Positions 57,876 through 64,000 of a stretch of DNA of 64,000 nt are shown in pieces (the first letter of the stretch is position 1; each line of letters begins with the position of its first letter). This stretch comes from Flagellimonas sp. GTDB taxonomy: Bacteria; Bacteroidota; Bacteroidia; Flavobacteriales; Flavobacteriaceae. The DNA is taken from positions 1,755,914 through 1,819,913 of the forward strand of contig NZ_OZ247584.1 of the NCBI RefSeq assembly GCF_965233845.1. Direction: 5' to 3'. The translations under genes and the position numbers were made by a program. The notes under the pieces are model-generated. The model made no database searches, was not told where the DNA came from, and saw only the letters and a program-made list of their open reading frames with translations.

Positions 57876-58622
57876 ATGAAACTATTGGAAGGCAAAAATG
57901 TCATCATTACCGGAGCAAGTAGAGGAATAGGTAAGGGAATAGCAGAGGTATTTGGTAAAGCTGGTGCCAATGTGGCTTTTACATATAGCTCCAGTGAAGC
58001 TCCCGCATTGGAATTGGAAAAGGAATTATCTGCATTGGGTGTAAAGGCCAAGGCCTATAAAAGTAATGCAGCAAGTTTTGAGGAGTCCCAAGAATTGGTA
58101 ACCAAGGTCTTGGAAGATTTTGGTGGAATTGATGTGCTTATCAATAATGCAGGGATTACCAGGGACAAACTTTTGATGCGCATGGGTGAGGAAGATTTTG
58201 ATACGGTGATTGAAATTAATTTGAAATCAGTTTACAATATGACCAAAGCGGTGCAACGCACAATGCTCAAGCAGCGCCAAGGCTCCATAATCAACATGAG
58301 TAGTGTTGTTGGGGTGAAAGGTAACGCGGGCCAGGCCAATTATGCCGCTTCAAAAGCAGGAATGATAGGTTTCACTAAATCCGTTGCCTTGGAGCTTGGA
58401 TCTAGAAATATCCGCTGCAATGCTATTGCTCCAGGTTTTATTGAAACCGAAATGACGGACAAGTTGGATGATAAAATGGTGCAGGAGTGGAGAGATGCCA
58501 TCCCACTAAAACGCGGTGGTAATCCAGAGGATGTTGCCAACGCTTGCTTGTTTTTGGCTTCGGATTTATCAGCTTATGTTACAGGGCAAGTACTCAATGT
58601 GGATGGGGGCATGCTAACCTAA
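57876..58622 (+). CDS. fabG: 3-oxoacyl-ACP reductase
   Basis: TGASRGIGKGIA and YAASKAG SDR motifs. 248 aa. Confidence 0.9.
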   Translation: MKLLEGKNVIITGASRGIGKGIAEVFGKAGANVAFTYSSSEAPALELEKELSALGVKAKAYKSNAASFEESQELVTKVLEDFGGIDVLINNAGITRDKLLMRMGEEDFDTVIEINLKSVYNMTKAVQRTMLKQRQGSIINMSSVVGVKGNAGQANYAASKAGMIGFTKSVALELGSRNIRCNAIAPGFIETEMTDKLDDKMVQEWRDAIPLKRGGNPEDVANACLFLASDLSAYVTGQVLNVDGGMLT

Positions 58623-58627
58623 ATTGA

Positions 58628-60661
58628 ATGGAAATACAAACGGTACTACTTATACTCTTAGCGGCCATTGTCGCGCTTACCGTTGTATTTTATCAATACT
58701 TCCATAAAAATCCCAGGAAAGGAACCCAAAGAATTATTTTGGCCTCCTTGCGATTTTTGACTCTTTTCTGTGCCCTATTATTATTGATTAACCCACAATT
58801 TGTTAAGCGCGATTATTTTGTAGAAAAAACCAAACTGGTGTTGTTGGTGGATGAATCATTGTCCATGGATACACACACAGATGAAGTTGGTATTCGGGAA
58901 CATTTGAAAGCCTGGACCGATAATGAAGCGGTGCAGACAAGATTTGAGATTCACAAATATGGTTTTGGGAATGGGGTAAATCCATTGGACTCCGTACAGT
59001 TTACTCGGAACAACACGGATATATACAAGGCTCTTACCGATGTAAATGAAATTTTTGGGAACCATCCCAAGTCCATCCTGTTATTTACAGATGGCAATCA
59101 AACTTTGGGTAGGGACTATGAGTACCTAAATTTAAACAACAACAGTACGGTTCACCCTGTGGTAATTGGAGATACAACCCAGTACGAGGATTTGTCCGTT
59201 AGGTTGATCAATACCAATACCTATGCTTTTTTGAAAAACAAGTTTCCTTTGGAAGCACAGTTGGTATACAGAGGAAACAGGGAAGTAGCCAAATCTGTTT
59301 CCGTTTTAATGGATGGGAAAATAGTTCATCGGGAGAATATGCAATTTTCGAGCTCAAAACGAAGTCAAACCCTCAATACCTTGATTGAGGCACAAAGCGT
59401 AGGAGTGAAGCCGTTGCAAGTACGTTTAGAATCCCTTCAAAACGAGCGGAACCCCTTCAATAATATGCGGGAAACCGCCATTGAAGTTATTGATGAAAAA
59501 ACCAAAATTGCCATTGTTTCCGAGGTACTGCATCCAGATATAGGTGCACTTAAAAAGTCAATTGAAACCAACGAACAGCGAACGGTGGTGTTGTTGAAAC
59601 CTACTGATAAAGCTGAAAAATATGATGATGTGGGACTTTTTATTTTATATCAACCCACACGAAGGTTCAAAAACGTTTACGAGCGTATAGATCAACTTGG
59701 AGCCAACAAATTTACCATTGCCGGAACCAAAACGGATTGGCCTTTTTTAAATCAAATCCAAAATAGTTTTTTTAAGGAACGGCTGAATCAAACCGAAGAG
59801 ATAATCCCGGTATTGAACAATGGCTTTGGCGTATTTGGATTGGCCGATTTTTCCGTACAAGGATACCCTCCATTGGAGGGGCAGTTAGGGGATATAGAGC
59901 TCAAAAAAGAATCCGAGACCCTTTTGTTTCAACGCATTCGCGGAGTCGATTTGGATATTCCCTTATTTTCAATTCTTACCGAAGGGAATCAACGGGAAGC
60001 TATTTTGTTTGGGGAAAACCTCTGGAGATGGAGGGCACAAAACTATCGGAACAACCAAAATTTTGAGGATTTCGATGCTTTGATAAGTAAGCTCATGGTG
60101 TATTTATCCAGTAACAGTGGAAGAAACAGGTTGGAGTTGGATTATGACAGGGTTTTTGATGATGCAAGTCTGGCCAAGGTTAGGGCTTCCTACTATGATG
60201 AGAGCTATGCGTTTGATGCTGCGGCAAGTTTGAAAATCAGCATACAATCCAAGGAAAATGATTTTTCCCGCGAAGCACCGTTATTGCTTAAAGGCTCGTA
60301 TTACGAAACGGACCTAAGTGACCTTCAAGCGGGCGAATATAATTTTACGATAACCGTGGAAAGTGAAAACCTCAAAAGGTCAGGAAGTTTCAAAATCTTG
60401 GATTTCAACCCTGAAAAACAAACCTATTCTTCTAATTTCAACAAGCTTCAACGCTTGGCTGAAAATAATAATGGAAAGGCTTATCTGCCTGGTCAAATGG
60501 ATGAATTGACCGAAGAACTTTCCAATTCCCAACGATACACACCAGTCCAAAAGAGCACTCAAAATGTCGTATCTTTAATAGATTTTAAAGTGCTTTTGGG
60601 CATCATGGCCATGACACTGGCTTTGGAATGGTTCATCAGAAAATACAACGGATTAATTTAA
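58628..60661 (+). CDS. Large membrane-anchored vWA-like protein, hypothetical
   Basis: N-terminal TM pair, MIDAS-like LLVDESLSM and a C-terminal TM (VLLGIMAMTLALEWF). N-terminal layout resembles the partial gene at 1-411. Confidence 0.6.
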   Translation: MEIQTVLLILLAAIVALTVVFYQYFHKNPRKGTQRIILASLRFLTLFCALLLLINPQFVKRDYFVEKTKLVLLVDESLSMDTHTDEVGIREHLKAWTDNEAVQTRFEIHKYGFGNGVNPLDSVQFTRNNTDIYKALTDVNEIFGNHPKSILLFTDGNQTLGRDYEYLNLNNNSTVHPVVIGDTTQYEDLSVRLINTNTYAFLKNKFPLEAQLVYRGNREVAKSVSVLMDGKIVHRENMQFSSSKRSQTLNTLIEAQSVGVKPLQVRLESLQNERNPFNNMRETAIEVIDEKTKIAIVSEVLHPDIGALKKSIETNEQRTVVLLKPTDKAEKYDDVGLFILYQPTRRFKNVYERIDQLGANKFTIAGTKTDWPFLNQIQNSFFKERLNQTEEIIPVLNNGFGVFGLADFSVQGYPPLEGQLGDIELKKESETLLFQRIRGVDLDIPLFSILTEGNQREAILFGENLWRWRAQNYRNNQNFEDFDALISKLMVYLSSNSGRNRLELDYDRVFDDASLAKVRASYYDESYAFDAAASLKISIQSKENDFSREAPLLLKGSYYETDLSDLQAGEYNFTITVESENLKRSGSFKILDFNPEKQTYSSNFNKLQRLAENNNGKAYLPGQMDELTEELSNSQRYTPVQKSTQNVVSLIDFKVLLGIMAMTLALEWFIRKYNGLI

Positions 60662-60674
60662 ATACATACTAGAA

Positions 60675-61490
60675 ATGGAAAGATTACCAAAGATTGCCCT
60701 GCCAGCTGTTGCAGTCATCATTTTTGTCATCATTGTGATATCCAAGTCGGCCGTGACCATTGGTTCCGGCGAGGCAGGCGTATTGTACAAAACCTTTGGT
60801 GATGGTGTGGTAACGGACAAACCGCCTCTGGGTGAAGGGTTTCACCTTGTGGCGCCTTGGAACAAAGTTTATATCTATGAAGTACGAAGACAAGAAATCT
60901 TCGAGAAAATGAAAGTGCTGTCCTCCAATGGTTTGGATATTCAATTGGATGCCTCCGCTTGGTACCAGCCCAACTACAACGAATTGGGAAAATTGCACCA
61001 AGAGATTGGCGAAAATTACCTGCAACGGATCATCTTGCCAACCATTAGGTCTGCGGCCCGTAGTGTAGTGGGTAGATATACCCCAGAACAGTTATATTCC
61101 AGCAAAAGGGATGCTATCCAACAAGAGATATTTGAGGAAACCAAAAAGATTGTGGATAATCAGTACATTGTCTTGGATGAAATTTTGGTTCGCGATGTTA
61201 CTTTGCCACCCACCATTAAGGAGGCTATTGAACGAAAACTGAAACAAGAACAAGAATCCTTGGAATACGAGTTTAGGCTGGTCACCGCACAGAAGGAAGC
61301 GGAGCGTCAACGTATTGAGGCCCAAGGTAAGGCAGATGCCAATAAGATTTTAAGTGCTTCTCTTACGGACAAGATTCTGCAGGACAAAGGAATTGAGGCA
61401 ACTCTGAAACTGTCAGAATCCCCAAACTCTAAAGTGGTAGTAGTTGGATCTAGTGGTGATGGTTTGCCTTTGATTTTGGGAAATAACTAA
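60675..61490 (+). CDS. SPFH/band-7 (prohibitin-like) membrane protein
   Basis: N-terminal TM, a PHB-domain pattern and a coiled-coil EAERQRIEAQGKADA. Confidence 0.85.
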   Translation: MERLPKIALPAVAVIIFVIIVISKSAVTIGSGEAGVLYKTFGDGVVTDKPPLGEGFHLVAPWNKVYIYEVRRQEIFEKMKVLSSNGLDIQLDASAWYQPNYNELGKLHQEIGENYLQRIILPTIRSAARSVVGRYTPEQLYSSKRDAIQQEIFEETKKIVDNQYIVLDEILVRDVTLPPTIKEAIERKLKQEQESLEYEFRLVTAQKEAERQRIEAQGKADANKILSASLTDKILQDKGIEATLKLSESPNSKVVVVGSSGDGLPLILGNN

Positions 61491-61520
61491 ATCATCCTTT
61501 TTTGATAAAAAAATATATAC

Positions 61521-61528
61521 TACTTTTG
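61521..61528 (+). promoter_or_regulatory. Candidate -7 box (TACTTTTG) for the his leader transcript
   Basis: Matches TAnnTTTG 8 nt upstream of the leader ATG. A TTTG lies at 61501-61504 in about the -33 position. Confidence 0.35.
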
Positions 61529-61536
61529 AACGCATA

Positions 61537-61590
61537 ATGAGAAACAGAAACACACATCATCATTTTTATACTTGCCCTCAAGCGAGATAG
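61537..61590 (+). CDS. Putative his-operon leader peptide (17 aa, three consecutive His codons)
   Basis: The hand translation reads ATG AGA AAC AGA AAC ACA CAT CAT CAT TTT TAT ACT TGC CCT CAA GCG AGA TAG, which gives MRNRNTHHHFYTCPQAR. Confidence 0.55.
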   Translation: MRNRNTHHHFYTCPQAR

Positions 61591-61622
61591 AGATGTATTG
61601 TTGTTTTTAAAATATATTCTAA

Positions 61623-61654
61623 CCCGTTTGAGAAATCAAACGGGTTTTGTTTTT
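61623..61654 (+). terminator. Attenuator terminator between the leader peptide and hisG
   Basis: CCCGTTTG-agaaat-CAAACGGG followed by TTTTGTTTTT, 36 nt before the hisG ATG. Confidence 0.7.
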
Positions 61655-61689
61655 AAGCCTGTTTGGTTCCAAACAAAATGAAAGCAAGA

Positions 61690-62547
61690 ATGACAAAGAT
61701 TCGAATTGCAGTACAAAAGAGCGGAAGGTTGAATGACGATTCCCTCAAGATTTTAAAGGATTGCGGAATTGCCATTGACAATGGCAAAGACCAACTTAAA
61801 GCTACCGCCAGGAATTTCCCTTTGGAAGTGTTTTACCTCCGCAATGGGGATATACCCCAATATCTTAGGGATGGGGTGGTTGACATTGCCATCATTGGGG
61901 AAAATGTACTGATAGAGAAAGGGGAGGACATTACAGTGGTGGAAAAACTGAATTTTTCCAAATGTAGGGTGTCCTTGGCAGTTCCCAAACGGATGGAGTA
62001 TAATACGGTAAAGGATTTTGAAGGAAAACGTATTGCTACTTCCTATCCAAACACGGTCAAAAAATACCTGGCATCCAAAGGGGTGTCCGCTGATTTGCAC
62101 ATCATTAATGGTTCTGTGGAAATTGCCCCCAATATTGGATTGGCTGATGGCATTTGCGATATTGTTTCCAGTGGTAGCACGCTGTTCAAAAATAACCTCA
62201 AAGAGGTGGAAATTATATTGAAAAGTGAAGCGGTTCTTGCGGTTTCACCGGAGATTTCAGAACAGCGGAAAGAGATACTGGAAAGGCTTCAATTTCGGAT
62301 TAAATCCGTATTACAGGCCCGTCAGAACAAATATGTTCTGCTAAATGCCCCCAATGAGAAATTGGATGAGATCATTTCCATTTTACCAGGGATGCGAAGC
62401 CCCACGGTTTTGCCCTTGGCGGAAGAAGGTTGGAGTTCGGTACACACGGTAATCAACAGGGACACTTTCTGGGAAGTTATTGATGAGCTAAAACTGGCTG
62501 GAGCGGAAGGAATTTTGGTTTGCCCAATTGAAAAAATGGTAATCTAA
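61690..62547 (+). CDS. hisG: ATP phosphoribosyltransferase (long form)
   Basis: KIRIAVQKSGRL N-terminus and a C-terminal regulatory domain. Start candidates are 61690 (ATG, preferred), 61678 (ATG) and 61663 (TTG). Confidence 0.9.
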   Translation: MTKIRIAVQKSGRLNDDSLKILKDCGIAIDNGKDQLKATARNFPLEVFYLRNGDIPQYLRDGVVDIAIIGENVLIEKGEDITVVEKLNFSKCRVSLAVPKRMEYNTVKDFEGKRIATSYPNTVKKYLASKGVSADLHIINGSVEIAPNIGLADGICDIVSSGSTLFKNNLKEVEIILKSEAVLAVSPEISEQRKEILERLQFRIKSVLQARQNKYVLLNAPNEKLDEIISILPGMRSPTVLPLAEEGWSSVHTVINRDTFWEVIDELKLAGAEGILVCPIEKMVI

Positions 62548-63836
62548 TGGAACGTATTGATTATCCCGCCAAGGAAAGTTGGAAGGCCATATTAGAACGA
62601 CCAACCCAGTCCGTGAACGACATTGAGACTGTGGTGGATACCATTTTTACTGAAGTCAAAGAAAAAGGAGATGAGGCTATTATCGCCTACACCAAAAAAT
62701 TTGACCAAGTGGAATTGGAATCGTTCTTTGTATCCCAGGATGAAATCCAGAATGCCATAAAAGAAGTTCCGAAACAGTTACAAGATGCCATTTCCTTGGC
62801 CAAAAACAATATTGAAAGATTTCATGCTGCCCAAAAAACGGAAAAGGTTAAGCTAGAAACCGTGCCGGGAGTGCAGTGTTGGCAAGAAAAAAGGCCAATT
62901 CAAAAAGTTGGGCTTTACATTCCCGGGGGAACTGCTCCGCTTTTCTCTACCATATTGATGTTGGCCGTTCCGGCGCAACTAGCAGGTTGCAGCGAAATTG
63001 TTCTATGTACTCCGCCCAATAAGGAAGGAAAAATAAACCCTGCCATTCTCTATTCAGCCCAATTATGTGGGGTCACCAAGATTTTCAAGGTTGGGGGTAT
63101 CCAAGCCATTGCCGGAATGACCTTCGGAACAGCATCTATCCCCAAAGTCTATAAAATATTTGGGCCTGGAAATCAGTATGTGACCGTGGCCAAGCAATTG
63201 GCCACCAAATTTGGTGTGGCCATTGATATGCCTGCTGGTCCCAGTGAACTTTTAGTAGTTGCCGATGATTCGGCAAATGCGGCTTTTGTGGCGTCTGATT
63301 TGTTGAGTCAGGCAGAACATGGTGTGGATAGCCAAGTAATTTTGGTGTCCACTTCGGAAAAACTCGTGACTGATGTTGCCGCAGAAATCAAGGAACAATT
63401 GCAAGCATTGCCAAGAAAAGACATTGCTGAGAAATCAATCGCCAATAGTAAACTGATTTTGTTGAAGAATGATGACGAGGCCTTGGAACTTATTGATGAA
63501 TATGGCCCTGAGCATTTAATTGTTTGTACGGAAAAGGAGGAGTTTTACACTCAAAATGTATCCAATGCCGGCTCCGTTTTTATCGGAAATTACACCCCGG
63601 AAAGTGCTGGTGATTATGCTTCAGGCACGAATCACACACTGCCTACCAACGGCTACGCCAAGCAGTATAGCGGAGTAAATTTGGATAGTTTTATGAAGAG
63701 TATGACGTTTCAAAAAATCTCAGCTGAGGGAATCCAACGGATTGGTGGCGCCATTGAACTAATGGCAGAAGCGGAAGGGCTTCAGGCACACAAAAATGCA
63801 GTAACGCTTAGGCTGAGTAGTTTAAAGAAAATCTAA
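62547..63836 (+). CDS. hisD: Histidinol dehydrogenase
   Basis: SQAEHG and DYASGTNHTLPT motifs. The ATG overlaps the hisG stop. Confidence 0.95.
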   Translation: MERIDYPAKESWKAILERPTQSVNDIETVVDTIFTEVKEKGDEAIIAYTKKFDQVELESFFVSQDEIQNAIKEVPKQLQDAISLAKNNIERFHAAQKTEKVKLETVPGVQCWQEKRPIQKVGLYIPGGTAPLFSTILMLAVPAQLAGCSEIVLCTPPNKEGKINPAILYSAQLCGVTKIFKVGGIQAIAGMTFGTASIPKVYKIFGPGNQYVTVAKQLATKFGVAIDMPAGPSELLVVADDSANAAFVASDLLSQAEHGVDSQVILVSTSEKLVTDVAAEIKEQLQALPRKDIAEKSIANSKLILLKNDDEALELIDEYGPEHLIVCTEKEEFYTQNVSNAGSVFIGNYTPESAGDYASGTNHTLPTNGYAKQYSGVNLDSFMKSMTFQKISAEGIQRIGGAIELMAEAEGLQAHKNAVTLRLSSLKKI

Positions 63837-63870
63837 TGTCAGGTCGAGCGCAGTCGAGACCTAAATTAAT

Positions 63871-64000
63871 ATGCTTAAAACGTTTAACATAGAAAACTTG
63901 GTAAGGGAATCCGTAAAAGGACTGAAACCGTATTCTTCCGCTCGGGATGAATATGTATCTGACGGTAGTGCCATGGTGTTTCTGGATGCCAATGAAAATC
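63871..64000 (+). CDS. hisC: Histidinol-phosphate aminotransferase, 5' part only; runs off the window end
   Basis: Hand translation MLKTFNIENLVRESVKGLKPYSSARDEYVSDGSAMVFLDANEN, a typical HisC N-terminus. Follows hisD. Confidence 0.8.
   Translation, partial: MLKTFNIENLVRESVKGLKPYSSARDEYVSDGSAMVFLDANEN

Noticed and set aside
63837-63870. Hairpin and direct repeat AGGTCGAGCGCAGTCGAGACCT between hisD and hisC, considered as another dispersed repeat family.
   Set aside because: There is only one copy in the window and no T-tract. I cannot tell a dispersed element from a chance structure without the rest of the genome.
1-64000. I scanned intergenic regions for tRNA, rRNA, tmRNA, SRP RNA, integrase/transposase remnants and prophage genes.
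   Set aside because: None was recognisable by eye. The only long non-coding stretches are explained by the repeat family, the his leader, the mini-gene unit and AT-rich divergent promoters. A covariance-model scan (Infernal/tRNAscan) would be needed to exclude small RNAs.

Overview
This window looks like chromosomal DNA from a Flavobacteriia-type member of Bacteroidota. The evidence is a fused lpxC-fabZ gene, a PorX-type receiver-PglZ regulator, a TonB-dependent receptor with an N-terminal carboxypeptidase-regulatory-like domain, TAnnTTTG -7 promoter boxes and mostly absent Shine-Dalgarno sequences. It is densely coding, with about 65 genes, and mostly housekeeping: lpxD-lpxC/fabZ-lpxA-efp-lpxD2, sucD, fabG, hisG-hisD-hisC, parE-parC, serA-serC, aroB, folE, msrA, ychF and tsaE. 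I found no rRNA, tRNA, CRISPR array, integrase or transposase. The least explained part is a ten-gene co-directional envelope locus on the minus strand (11516-23284). It encodes a small Cys/His protein, a TonB-dependent receptor, a lipoprotein, a second paralogous small Cys/His protein, an ABC ATPase, two large ABC-2-type permeases, a CBM9/DUF5916-like barrel protein, a Tat-signal alanine-racemase-fold protein and a secreted alpha/beta hydrolase. I can assign no substrate to it. Other points are: a REP/MITE-like palindromic repeat family filling three consecutive intergenic regions (30975-33845) around a TPR gene and an IPT/Kelch lipoprotein gene; a His-codon leader peptide plus terminator upstream of hisG; an unannotated 44-codon secreted-peptide unit with its own -7 box and terminator; and candidate operator palindromes beside an XRE regulator. 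All family assignments come from motifs read by eye and from recollection of families. No searches were run.
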